Of a stretch of DNA of 64,000 nucleotides, positions 18,689 to 27,831 are shown piece by piece. The stretch is from the NCBI GenBank assembly GCA_963819655.1, contig CAWFXA010000001.1, forward strand, positions 256,001 through 320,000. Direction: 5' to 3'. Within the stretch, counting starts at the first letter, position 1; every line of letters begins with the position of its first letter. A program made the position numbers and the translations under genes. The notes beneath the pieces are model-generated. The model searched no databases. It was given only the letters and a program-made list of their open reading frames with translations, and was not told where the DNA came from. Source of the DNA: an uncultured Chloroflexia bacterium (GTDB lineage Bacteria; Chloroflexota; Limnocylindria; Limnocylindrales; CSP1-4).

Positions 18689-18730
18689 AATTCCGACCTA
18701 GATTATCGGGATTAAGGCCGAGACCGTCAA
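18689..18730 (-). promoter_or_regulatory. sufB sigma70 promoter (TTGACG-N17-GATAAT) overlapped by an IscR/Rrf2-like palindrome
   Basis: Minus strand AATCCCGAtaatctaggTCGGAATT at 18689-18713; -35 at 18725-18730. Confidence 0.7.
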
Positions 18731-18769
18731 CGACAGCCCACGCCAAGAGCGCGCTGCGGCGGCGCGCGA

Positions 18770-18803
18770 ACACGACACCGCCCCTGATGGGACGGTGTCG
18801 TGT
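18770..18803 (-). terminator. 15-bp stem hairpin, probable terminator
   Basis: Minus strand ACACGACACCGTCCC-ATCA-GGGGCGGTGTCGTGT just after the stop at 18828; no long U-tract. Confidence 0.6.
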
Positions 18804-18827
18804 CGAGTGTTCGGCGATCGGATGCCG

Positions 18828-19508
18828 TCAGGCGCGGGCCGGTGTGTCCTGCTCGATCGCGTGGATCTGGCCTCCGGCGCCCAGGCCATCGGGCGGCTCG
18901 GTGAACGAGCTGCCCGGCGTCTCGAGAGCCTTGCTAAAGGCGGACGGCTTGGCGCTCGCCGTCTTGACGGCATCGCCCGCCGGCTTGGCGGCATCGAAGG
19001 CGTGGGTGTCGTCATCGAGATCCCAGGCAGTTCGGCGCTCCGCCATCCGATCGCGGGCCCGCTGGGCGCTCTCGCGCAGACGGGTCTTGACGCTCGGGGA
19101 GTTGATCAGGGCCCAGCCGACCATGCCGATCGTCACGAGCCCGGCGAGGATGAACGGCACGCGCGAGACCCGATTGGCGGGCTTCACGAGGCCGGCCGAC
19201 TCCGCCGCGTCGCGGGCGCCCTTGGCGACCTGCTGGGCACCCTTCACGGCGCCGTTCGCGACCTGCTTCGAGGCCTGCTTGGCGCCGTCGGCAACCTTGT
19301 CCATGTCGACTCGCGGCATCTCGACCGCGGTCACGTCGACCCGCGGCATCTCGAACTCGCGGCGGAACGCCTCGATGTCCTTGCGGACCGCGCGAAGCTC
19401 CTTGCGAGCCTCGCCGAGCCCTTTCGCGATGTCGTCGCGGGACATCTCTGGCAGCCGCAACTCGGGCAGCCGGAAATCCCGGATGACTTTCAGATTCAAC
19501 TCAGGCAT
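18828..19508 (-). CDS. Hypothetical Ala/Lys-rich helical protein with a single TM segment
   Basis: GAGGAGG RBS before ATG 19508; internal EMPRVD repeat; TM helix FILAGLVTIGMVGWAL. Confidence 0.7.
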   Translation of the reverse strand: MPELNLKVIRDFRLPELRLPEMSRDDIAKGLGEARKELRAVRKDIEAFRREFEMPRVDVTAVEMPRVDMDKVADGAKQASKQVANGAVKGAQQVAKGARDAAESAGLVKPANRVSRVPFILAGLVTIGMVGWALINSPSVKTRLRESAQRARDRMAERRTAWDLDDDTHAFDAAKPAGDAVKTASAKPSAFSKALETPGSSFTEPPDGLGAGGQIHAIEQDTPARA

Positions 19509-19625
19509 CGCTCGCCTCCTCGGCACGGGTGGTCCCCAAGGATACCCCGATAGGTCCTGTGGCCCTCGATGCGACAAGGGCCGGCGGGATTGCAGTCCCG
19601 TACCATCCGGCGGCGGCCCCGATCG

Positions 19626-19684
19626 TCAGGGCGTAAGCGTCAGGGCGTGAGCGTCTAGGGCGTCAGCGTCTAGGGCGTCAGCGT
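19626..19684. repeat. Four tandem 14-15 nt copies of the CAP gene 3' end
   Basis: Minus strand ACGCTGACGCCCTAG x2, ACGCTCACGCCCTG, ACGCTTACGCCCTGA. Confidence 0.9.
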
Positions 19685-20482
19685 CTTGGTCGCCCAGGCT
19701 CCCCAGTTGCCTCTCAGGTCGCGCTCGCGGACCCGGAACTCGTAGTGCGCGCCGCGTCGCCACCACTTGGTCGCGGACGTCGAGCGGGTCGTCCCGAGGT
19801 TCTCCCACGACCCGCCGGCGAGACGCCGCTGGATCTGGAAGTAGCGATGCCCGGCGGTCAGGACCTGCAGGCGGAGGTCGCCGCCGCTCCAACGGATCGT
19901 GCCCCGGGCCCAGGTCGCGTTGAGGTAGACCTTGCTGAAGGAGCCGACCCGGGCGTAGCCGCCCGTCCGGTCGGGGCCGCGGAGATAGACGCCCGCCCAG
20001 TAGCGGGTCCCGTCGTCGGCGATCGCCAGCCCGAAACCGACGTAGTTGTAGTCGTCCGAGACGACGATGGCCCGGTGGCCGGCCGACCCCATCCAGCCCT
20101 GGACGGCGAAGGACGCGGAGTAGTCGAGGGGGCCGGCTGTGTTCCAGGCGATGATCTCGCCGGCTGCGTACCAGCGGATACCTGCCGCCTCGATCATGTC
20201 GAATACGTCCCGGCCGCCCGATTGGGTGTGGCTGAAGTTGCCGGTGGCGGCCATGTACTCGGCTCGATCGCGGGCCAGCGCCGCCATCCGCGCATCCCAG
20301 CGGAGCTTGATAAGCCCTCGTGCCGTGCGGCGCTGGTTGGTGAGGGCGAGCGCGTCCTGTTCAGCGGCCTGGATGGCGGACTCGCTCACGTCGGCGCCGG
20401 TCGCTGTCGCGGCGGGGACGACGCCGGAGACCAGGACGATCGCGAGCATGAGGGGGCCGAGGCGGCGGAGATGGGAACGCAT
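19670..20482 (-). CDS. Secreted CAP/SCP-domain protein with an Fn3-like C-terminus
   Basis: Signal peptide; TNQRR, FSHT, GEIIA, WMGSAGHRA, YVGFG. Confidence 0.85.
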   Translation of the reverse strand: MRSHLRRLGPLMLAIVLVSGVVPAATATGADVSESAIQAAEQDALALTNQRRTARGLIKLRWDARMAALARDRAEYMAATGNFSHTQSGGRDVFDMIEAAGIRWYAAGEIIAWNTAGPLDYSASFAVQGWMGSAGHRAIVVSDDYNYVGFGLAIADDGTRYWAGVYLRGPDRTGGYARVGSFSKVYLNATWARGTIRWSGGDLRLQVLTAGHRYFQIQRRLAGGSWENLGTTRSTSATKWWRRGAHYEFRVRERDLRGNWGAWATKTLTP

Positions 20483-20684
20483 GAGTCGATGGTCGGCAGC
20501 CGTGGCGCGTCCGGGAACCGCTCGGCGGTCCCAGCCAGCCGGCGCGGATGGTCCCCTGCCGACCGCACCCGAGCCGACCCGACCCACCCGGACCGCGCCG
20601 CTCCGACCCTGCTACCTGTGGTGGCGGCGGCCGCACGTCCGGTCTGCGACCATGGGAACGACCCGATCGACAAAGGAGACGAAG

Positions 20685-21128
20685 ATGCCTGCTATCCGAC
20701 GCGCGGAGGTCACCTGGGCCGGCGATCTCGCATTCGGTAAGGGGACCGTGAGCGCGGTCTCGAGCAACGCCTTCACCGACCTACCCGTGAGCTGGACCGC
20801 GCGGACCGAATTGCCGGGCGGGAAGACCAGTCCCGAGGAGCTCGTCGCGGCGGCGCACGCATCCTGCTTCGCCATGGCGTTCTCGGGAGGCCTCGGCCGG
20901 GCCGGCGCGCCGCCGGAGCGGCTCACGGTGTCGGCCGACGTGACGTTCGACAAGGTGGAGGCAGGCTGGCGCGTCGTGTCCAGCCACCTGACCGTCCGTG
21001 GCGTCGTGCCAGGGATGTCGAGCGACGATTTCGTTGCCGCGGCCGAGGCGGCCAAGGACGGCTGCCCGATCAGCCAGGCGCTCAAGGGCAACGTCGCACT
21101 CAGCGTCGACGCCGCGCTCGAGGGCTAG
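20685..21128 (+). CDS. osmC: OsmC family peroxiredoxin
   Basis: SPEELVAAAHASCFAMA and GCPISQAL; AAGGAG RBS. Confidence 0.92.
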   Translation: MPAIRRAEVTWAGDLAFGKGTVSAVSSNAFTDLPVSWTARTELPGGKTSPEELVAAAHASCFAMAFSGGLGRAGAPPERLTVSADVTFDKVEAGWRVVSSHLTVRGVVPGMSSDDFVAAAEAAKDGCPISQALKGNVALSVDAALEG

Positions 21129-21160
21129 CGCCGGCCGACCACCACGGTCCGAGATCCGAT

Positions 21161-22099
21161 TCAGCCGATCGCGAGCATCCGCCGCGGGTTGGCCACGGTC
21201 ATCGTGTCGATCTCGGCCTCGCCGACACCGGCCTCCCGGAGGCGTGGCAGGAACGTCCGCGCGAGATACGTGTAGCCGTTGCCGCCGTAACGCGAGAGCT
21301 GCGAGTCGTGGCAGACGTCCTGCGACAACAGGATCCGCTCGACGTGCCCGCGGCCGAGAAGGTCGCAGAGGAGCTCGACGACGCGGCCCTCGCCAAGGCG
21401 CTCGCTGGGCGTGAACGACATGCCGAGGAAGTCGAATTCCAGGCTCGCCCCACGCTCCAGGATGGCGAGGTAATGGTCGAGCCGCGGGAAGGAATTGGCG
21501 TGGCCGATGACGACCCGCTCCGGGTCGGCGCCCTCATCCTCGATGATCCGCAGCTGGTCGAGACCGACCGGCGACAGGACACCGTGGGTGGTGATCGCGA
21601 GGCCCGTTCGGCGGGCGGCCCGCGCGGCGGCGCGGTGGACCCGCTCCTCGAGCGCCGAGACCCATGGCTTATCCGTGCCTATCTCGCCGATGATGCCCGG
21701 CCGGATGCCCGTGTCGCCGACGCCGTCGGTCGCTTCGCGGACCAGCTCGTCGGCCAGATCGTCGACAGAGCGCCGGTCGATGCGCGCCTCGGGCGGGTAG
21801 TAAGCGCCGCGATACCAGCCGCAGCCCATGACGACGTGCAGCCCGGATGATCTGGCGATCCCGTCAAGCCAGGCCGGGTCGCGCCCGACGCCGGGGAGCG
21901 TCAGGTCGACCAGGCCGCCCCCGCCAGCCTCGCGGTAGGCCGCGAGCTCCTCGAGGATGAGCGGCTCGTCTCGGGTGAGCTGCCAGTAGTCCCACCGGCC
22001 GGGCACGTGCCACAGGGCGATCTGGGTGTGCTCGTGGGGCAGCGTGAACCCGAGGTCCGCCGGGTCGATCGGGCCGAGGACGGTCTGGATGTGGGCCAT
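21161..22099 (-). CDS. Phosphotriesterase-homology protein
   Basis: IQTVLGPI, TLPHEH, GEIG, ITTH, IGH, LLSQD. Confidence 0.9.
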   Translation of the reverse strand: MAHIQTVLGPIDPADLGFTLPHEHTQIALWHVPGRWDYWQLTRDEPLILEELAAYREAGGGGLVDLTLPGVGRDPAWLDGIARSSGLHVVMGCGWYRGAYYPPEARIDRRSVDDLADELVREATDGVGDTGIRPGIIGEIGTDKPWVSALEERVHRAAARAARRTGLAITTHGVLSPVGLDQLRIIEDEGADPERVVIGHANSFPRLDHYLAILERGASLEFDFLGMSFTPSERLGEGRVVELLCDLLGRGHVERILLSQDVCHDSQLSRYGGNGYTYLARTFLPRLREAGVGEAEIDTMTVANPRRMLAIG

Positions 22100-22111
22100 C
22101 GCCGCCCGATG

Positions 22112-22753
22112 CTACGCCGTGGACACCGCCGGTCGCTCGACCGCCGCCGAAGCGAGCAGCACGTCGAGGAGCGCGGTCGCGCGCCGGATCGACTCCTCGG
22201 GACGATAGGAATCGCCGGCTTCGATCCTCTGGAGCAGGAGCCCGTCCAGCAGCGCCAGGAACCCGCGTGCCAGGCCGTCGACGTCGATCCACGTCGGCAG
22301 CTCACCGCGCACGATGCCCTCGCGGAGCAGCAACTGCGCGGCCCCGACCAGGCGCTCGCGGCGGCGGGCCAGCATCTCGCGGACGCCGGGCTCCTCGCCG
22401 GCCTCGGCCCAGGCGCGCACGAGACCTACCTGGCCCGGCGCTCCCTGGAACTCGTCGATCGACTCGACGTAATAGGCGATTGCCATGGAGAGGCGGTCGG
22501 CGGTCGAGGTGAGCGGCGCCAGGCGGGTCGCCAACTCGTCGAGGCCCTGGCCGGAGATCAGGTCGCAGCTGTGGAGGAACAGCTCCTCCTTGCCGGTGAA
22601 GTGCGTGTAGATCGCACCCACCGACAGGCCGGACCGGCCGACGACATCGGCGATGGTCGCGCGGTGATAGCCCTTCTCCGAGAACACCCCGACTGCGGCG
22701 CGGATGATCCGGTCGCGGACCTGCTGCTCCTGGGCGGCGGACAAGCGTGGCAC
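22112..22753 (-). CDS. TetR-family regulator
   Basis: FSEKGY.RATIADV...GLSVGAIYTHF.GKEELF; divergent from the MMPL gene. Confidence 0.92.
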   Translation of the reverse strand: MPRLSAAQEQQVRDRIIRAAVGVFSEKGYHRATIADVVGRSGLSVGAIYTHFTGKEELFLHSCDLISGQGLDELATRLAPLTSTADRLSMAIAYYVESIDEFQGAPGQVGLVRAWAEAGEEPGVREMLARRRERLVGAAQLLLREGIVRGELPTWIDVDGLARGFLALLDGLLLQRIEAGDSYRPEESIRRATALLDVLLASAAVERPAVSTA

Positions 22754-22828
22754 GAAAGTCGACTCCAAAACGAATGCTTGCTCTCGCAACGGTACCTCGG
22801 CCGACTGCGCCCCGCAACGCGAAACCGT

Positions 22829-22858
22829 TTGACAAGGGGAATGACCATTCTCTATGGT
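22829..22858 (+). promoter_or_regulatory. MMPL promoter TTGACA-N18-TATGGT with a TetR-type palindrome GAATG-AC-CATTC in the spacer
   Basis: Palindrome at 22839-22850; related partial site GAATGCTTGCTC at 22772-22783 near the tetR start. Confidence 0.7.
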
Positions 22859-22899
22859 TGGCAGCGAACGATCGAAGCGCCACGACCTGGGGTACCCGC

Positions 22900-25257
22900 A
22901 TGTTCAGTGCCTGGGGAGCGTTCGTCTACCGCTTCCGCCGACCCATCCTCATCATCGCCGTCCTGTTCGCGATCGCGTCCGCGTCGCTCGCCTCGCAGGT
23001 CACAGGCGCGCTCAGCGCGGGCGGCTGGACCGACCCGGATTCGGAATCCGCGGCCGTCACCGATCGGCTGACGCGGGACTTCGGGGCCGGCGGGGGCGCG
23101 ATCATCGCGGTCGTCCGCGGCACGGCGAGCAACGATGCCCGGTCCGCGGCCTTCCAGGAGACGATCGCTGGCTCTCTCGACCGGCTCCTCGCCGACGAGC
23201 GGGTCGACGGCGCGATCGGCTGGACCGAGACCCACGACGATCGATTCATCAGCACCGACGGGACCTCGGCCTACGTCGTCGTCCGACTCGCGATCACCGA
23301 CGAGGCCGCGGTCAACCAGATGTCCGAGCTCCGCGCACTCGTCGACTACCCGACCGACGTGACCCTCCAGCTCACCGGCGTGGCGCCCGCGACCCAGGAC
23401 CAGGCCGAGCAGTCGGAGAAGGAGCTGCTGCAGGCCGAGACGGTGTCGTTCCCGTTCGCGGCGCTGATCCTGATCCTCGTCTTCGCCTCGCTCGTCGCGG
23501 CGGGCATGCCGCTGCTCGTGGCCGCGCTGGCCATCCCGACCACGCTCGGCGGCGTCTATCTCGCCGCCCAGGTGACCGAGCTATCGATCTATGTCCAGAA
23601 CGTGGCGACGATGCTCGGGCTGGCGCTCGCCATCGACTATTCGCTGTTCATGGTCAGTCGCTTCCGCGAGGAGCTGCGCCGCGGTCGCGATGTCGGCACG
23701 GCCGTCACGATCACCGTCGCCACGAGCGGCAAGGCCGTCACGTTCTCGGGGCTAGCCGTCGCGGTCGGGCTGTCCGGTCTCCTGCTGTTCGAGCCGACCG
23801 CGCTCCGGTCGTTCGGGATCGGCGGCGCGCTGACCGTCAGCGCGTCGGTGTTCTTCGCGCTGACCTTCTTGCCGGCCGCGCTGGGCATGCTCGGCCCGCG
23901 CGTGAACGCTCTGAGCGTGTCCGGGCTGCGCGACCGCATCTCGCGCACACTCGGCCGGCCCGTCGGTGTCGCTGCCGAAGCGGCCAGGACATCGAGGTGG
24001 GAGCGCATGGCGCACTGGGTCATGGCGCGGCCATTCACCGTGCTCGTGCCGACGCTCGTCCTGTTGCTCGTTCTCGGCATCCCGTTCCTGCGCCTCGTGC
24101 AGGGCATCCCGGACGCGACGGTCCTGCCACCGGGCATCGAAAGCCGCGAGGCGTCGGTCGCCCTATCGACCGAGTTCCAGGCCGGCGAGACGTCGCCGAT
24201 CATCGTGCTCGCGACCGTCGATGGCGCACCCACGGACGAGGTCAACGTCCAACGCATCCTGGACCTCGGGACGGCGATCGACGCCGTCGACGGGATCGAT
24301 CGCGTCGAGGGGCCATTCGTCGGTCTTAAGGACCCGGCCAGTGGGACCGACCTCGATGCCGCCGGCATCGCCGCGCTCTTCGGCACGCCACGCGATCAGC
24401 TGCCGCCAGAGCTCGCGACCGGCCTCGAGCGTCTCGAGGAGACGTACATCCGCGGCTCGACCGTCCGGCTCGATGCCGTGAGTCCGGAGTCGCCATTGTC
24501 ACCCGCTGGCACCGCAGTGGTGCCAGGCGTCCGCGCGGTCGAGGTCGCCGGTGTCGAGAGCCTCGTCGGTGGCCTCGCGGCGGACGGGCACGACTTCATG
24601 GCGAGCCAGTCGGCGACGATCCCATGGGCGATCGCCGTGACCCTCGGGGGGAGCGCTGTCATCCTGTTCTTCCTGTTCGGATCGGTCGTGATCCCGATCA
24701 AGGCCGTGATCATGACGCTGCTCTCGATCACCGCCTCGTTCGGGGCGCTCGTGTTCATCTTCCAGGACGGCAACTTCGCCGACGTGCTCGGGTTCACGAC
24801 ACCGGGCTTCACCATCGCCGGCAACCCGATCATCATGTTCAGCGTGCTGTTCGGCCTGTCGATGGACTACGAGGTCCTGCTCCTGTCCCGGGTCCAGGAG
24901 GCCTATCGGCGCACCGGCGACAACACGGCGTCGGTCGCTGAGGGGCTGGCCAAGACCGCCGGCGTCATCACCGGCGCTGCGCTGATCATGGTCACCGTCT
25001 TCTCGGCCTTTGCCCTGGCCGAGTCGATCACGATCAAGAGCATCGGGGTCGGCATGGCGATCGCCGTTCTGATCGACGCCACGATCGTGCGCGTGTTGCT
25101 CGTTCCAGCCGCCATGCGGCTAATGGGTCGCTGGAACTGGTGGGCGCCCGGACCGCTCGGCCGGCTGGCCGATCGACTCGGCTTCAGCCACGTCGAGGAC
25201 GAGCCCCCGTCCGCCACGCCGACACCGACACCCTCGCCGGCGGGCGCCGGAACGTAG
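22900..25257 (+). CDS. MMPL/RND-family transporter
   Basis: IDYSLFMVSRFREE and GLSMDYEVLLLSR; two TM repeats. Confidence 0.93.
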   Translation: MFSAWGAFVYRFRRPILIIAVLFAIASASLASQVTGALSAGGWTDPDSESAAVTDRLTRDFGAGGGAIIAVVRGTASNDARSAAFQETIAGSLDRLLADERVDGAIGWTETHDDRFISTDGTSAYVVVRLAITDEAAVNQMSELRALVDYPTDVTLQLTGVAPATQDQAEQSEKELLQAETVSFPFAALILILVFASLVAAGMPLLVAALAIPTTLGGVYLAAQVTELSIYVQNVATMLGLALAIDYSLFMVSRFREELRRGRDVGTAVTITVATSGKAVTFSGLAVAVGLSGLLLFEPTALRSFGIGGALTVSASVFFALTFLPAALGMLGPRVNALSVSGLRDRISRTLGRPVGVAAEAARTSRWERMAHWVMARPFTVLVPTLVLLLVLGIPFLRLVQGIPDATVLPPGIESREASVALSTEFQAGETSPIIVLATVDGAPTDEVNVQRILDLGTAIDAVDGIDRVEGPFVGLKDPASGTDLDAAGIAALFGTPRDQLPPELATGLERLEETYIRGSTVRLDAVSPESPLSPAGTAVVPGVRAVEVAGVESLVGGLAADGHDFMASQSATIPWAIAVTLGGSAVILFFLFGSVVIPIKAVIMTLLSITASFGALVFIFQDGNFADVLGFTTPGFTIAGNPIIMFSVLFGLSMDYEVLLLSRVQEAYRRTGDNTASVAEGLAKTAGVITGAALIMVTVFSAFALAESITIKSIGVGMAIAVLIDATIVRVLLVPAAMRLMGRWNWWAPGPLGRLADRLGFSHVEDEPPSATPTPTPSPAGAGT

Positions 25258-25262
25258 CCCTG

Positions 25263-25871
25263 ATGGACGACCGACCCGACCAGGTGACGCGCCTCGGTCC
25301 CGAGAGTGGTGGCCGGAGTCCGGACGAGCCAGACGTGCGGGTGTACAGCTGGGAATGGGGCCCGGGGCGGTGGGGCTCCGACCAGCAGCGCCGGCCGGGG
25401 CTGCCGTGGATCGGGATCTTCCTGCTGGTCTTCGGCGGGCTGCTGCTGCTTCAGCAGCTGTTTCCGGAGTCGCGCTCGCTGGGTTCGCTGCTGGTGCTCG
25501 CCATCGGGCTGGCCTTCCTCGTCAGATGGGCCATCTCGCGCGGGACGGGCTCGCTGTATGCCGGCGCGATCATCACCGCGCTTGCGGTGCCGGACGCGCT
25601 CGGCAACGCCGGGCTGAGTCGCGAGGGCCTCGGGACGCTGAGCCTCGGGATCGCGTTCCTGTTCATTGCCGCCGTGCGCATGCGGTCTGGTGGCGGCGTC
25701 GGTTGGCAGGCGTGGTTCGGCGGGCTCCTGACCCTGATCGGTGCCGTCGATCTCATCCAGCCCCAGTTCGGCGGGCTGGTCGTACCGCTCGCGTTGGTCG
25801 TGCTCGGGGCGATCCTCGTTTTCGGCGGCTCGTTCAGCCGGGATCGATCGCGCGAGGATCGCCTCCGCTAG
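25263..25871 (+). CDS. Hypothetical multi-pass membrane protein
   Basis: About six Gly/Leu-rich TM helices; starts 5 nt after the MMPL stop. Confidence 0.75.
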   Translation: MDDRPDQVTRLGPESGGRSPDEPDVRVYSWEWGPGRWGSDQQRRPGLPWIGIFLLVFGGLLLLQQLFPESRSLGSLLVLAIGLAFLVRWAISRGTGSLYAGAIITALAVPDALGNAGLSREGLGTLSLGIAFLFIAAVRMRSGGGVGWQAWFGGLLTLIGAVDLIQPQFGGLVVPLALVVLGAILVFGGSFSRDRSREDRLR

Positions 25872-25946
25872 TCCGACACGAGCGGGCCCTTGACATCGCG
25901 GTTGTAGATTAGTCCGGGGGTTCGTCCGTGCAGGAGGGCAGACACC

Positions 25947-26405
25947 ATGCGACAACCACCGATCGGGATAGCGGTCCTGGGCTTCTTTGCCTTGGTCAAC
26001 GGCATCTCCGCCGCGATCATCGGGCTCCAGCTGATGGGCATCGTCGTCTTTGGACCCGTCTCGACCGGGTCCGGCACCTTCATCTGGGGGTTGCTGGCCT
26101 TCGTCCTCGGCGTGCTGTGGGTCGCCGTGGGCTACGGGGCCTGGAATCTGCGGATCTGGGCATGGACCATCGGGATGCTGCTCGCCGTGCTCGGGATCCT
26201 CAATGCGGTCTTCATCCTCATCGGCACAGGCGACCTGACCAAGGGGCTGGCGGCGGTGCTCCTTCCTGCGGTGATCCTGTGGTACCTGAATTCGCAGGGC
26301 GTGAAGGAAGCCTTCGTCCTGGGTGAGCAGGACGCCGGCCGTTACGCCAGCAGCTACGACCGGGAGCAGGCCGAGCGGATCGCCGCCGAGCGCTCGACTG
26401 ACTAG
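25947..26405 (+). CDS. Hypothetical 4-TM membrane protein
   Basis: AGGAGG RBS; four hydrophobic helices, WYL...VKEAF. Confidence 0.8.
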   Translation: MRQPPIGIAVLGFFALVNGISAAIIGLQLMGIVVFGPVSTGSGTFIWGLLAFVLGVLWVAVGYGAWNLRIWAWTIGMLLAVLGILNAVFILIGTGDLTKGLAAVLLPAVILWYLNSQGVKEAFVLGEQDAGRYASSYDREQAERIAAERSTD

Positions 26406-27760
26406 TCTCTGGCGACCGAGGCCGTCGCGACGTCGATGGCCTCGGTCATGACGTCCGCGACGATCTGCAGCTCGGCATCGGTGATCACGAACGGCGGCCC
26501 GAGCAGGATCGTGTCCCCGTCGACGCCGTTCGCGTTGCCCGTCCCCGAATAGACGAGCACGCTCCGCTCCCGCGCGGCGGCCACGACGCCCTCCGCCACT
26601 CGAGCCGCTCGCGGGAACGGCCGGCGCGTGGCGCGGTCCGCGACCAGCTCGACACCGACCATCAGACCGCGCCCCCGGATGTCGCCGACCGACGGGTGTT
26701 CCTCGAGAGCGCCGCGCAGCAGCGCCCTCAGTCGGTCGCCCTTGGTCGCGCTCGCTTCGACCAGGGACTCGTCGCGCAGGATCCGCAACACCTCGCTGGC
26801 GACTGCGGCACCGATGGGCGCGTGCGAGTAGGTGAACCCGTGGATGAAACCATGGCCCGGCGCCGTCACGGTCTCGAACACGTGGCCCGTCGCGGCCACG
26901 AACCCGAATGGCCAGTACCCGCCGGTGGCGCCCTTGGCGGCGACGAGCAGGTCCGGCCGGATCCCCCAGTGGTCGAGGCCGAACCAGCGGCCGGTCCGCC
27001 CGAACCCGGTCATGACCTCGTCCGCGATGAGAAGCACGCCGTGCGCTGCGCAGACCGCGGCGATCGCGGGCCAGTAGTCGTCGGGTGGCACTGCCGCTGC
27101 AAGCGTGGCCCCGACGATCGGCTCGGCGATGAACGCGGCAACCCGGCCCGGCCCGATCTTCCGGACCGTCGAGTCCAGCTCCGCGGCGAGGGCGGCGCCG
27201 TCGCGGCCGGCGTGCGCCTCGGTCTCGCCCGCGCGGTACGGGTACGCCGCTGAGACGTGCCGGAACCGGCCCAGCCACGGTTCGTATGGCCGGCGCAGCG
27301 GCGGCCTGCCGGAAAGGTCGAGCGCGCCGAGGGTATTGCCGTGATACGACCCGTGACGGGCGATCGCAACAGCCCGCTCGGGCTCGCCGCGCGCCAGGTG
27401 GTAGGCGCGCGCCAACTTGAGTGCGGTCTCGATCGCCTCCGACCCGCCCGACACCGGGTAGATCGCCGGGTCGTCGACCGGCACGACCGCAGCGACTTCT
27501 TCGGCGTAGGCCTCGACCGGCTCGGTCGTGAACGCCGAGCCATGGGCGAATGCCAGCCGGCCGGCCTGCTCGGCCATCACCGCCGCCACCGACGCGCGAC
27601 CGTGTCCGACGTTGACGACGATCGCCCCACCCGCCGCATCGATGTACTCGCGCCCGTCGGCGTCGCGGACGGTGGAGCCGCTGGCTTCGACCGCGACCGG
27701 CGGATCGGCCTGCGTCGAGCGCCGGAAGACGCGGCCGGCGGGCCGGTGAGGATCGGTCAT
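26402..27760 (-). CDS. Class-III PLP aminotransferase
   Basis: SGGSEA.E.ALK, SYHG, IADEVMTGFGRTG, AAKG. Confidence 0.93.
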   Translation of the reverse strand: MTDPHRPAGRVFRRSTQADPPVAVEASGSTVRDADGREYIDAAGGAIVVNVGHGRASVAAVMAEQAGRLAFAHGSAFTTEPVEAYAEEVAAVVPVDDPAIYPVSGGSEAIETALKLARAYHLARGEPERAVAIARHGSYHGNTLGALDLSGRPPLRRPYEPWLGRFRHVSAAYPYRAGETEAHAGRDGAALAAELDSTVRKIGPGRVAAFIAEPIVGATLAAAVPPDDYWPAIAAVCAAHGVLLIADEVMTGFGRTGRWFGLDHWGIRPDLLVAAKGATGGYWPFGFVAATGHVFETVTAPGHGFIHGFTYSHAPIGAAVASEVLRILRDESLVEASATKGDRLRALLRGALEEHPSVGDIRGRGLMVGVELVADRATRRPFPRAARVAEGVVAAARERSVLVYSGTGNANGVDGDTILLGPPFVITDAELQIVADVMTEAIDVATASVARD

Positions 27761-27793
27761 GCGATCGATTGTATGAGCCGGTCGATCGGGTTC

Positions 27794-27821
27794 GGGGAAC
27801 CGCCAGACCCTCGCCGGTGTA
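27794..27821 (+). promoter_or_regulatory. ECF promoter copy 1, GGGGAACC-N15-GTGTA
   Basis: Directly upstream of the ECF sigma gene; identical boxes and spacing at 29416 and 36669. Confidence 0.8.
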
Positions 27822-27831
27822 CGGGGTACGG

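Noticed and set aside
19626-19684. Short repeats as a CRISPR array
   Set aside because: Units are contiguous 14-15-mers with no spacers, and there are no cas genes in the window.
25890-25910. TTGACA and TAGATT as a sigma70 promoter
   Set aside because: Spacing is only 9 nt, and there is no -10 at 16-18 nt.
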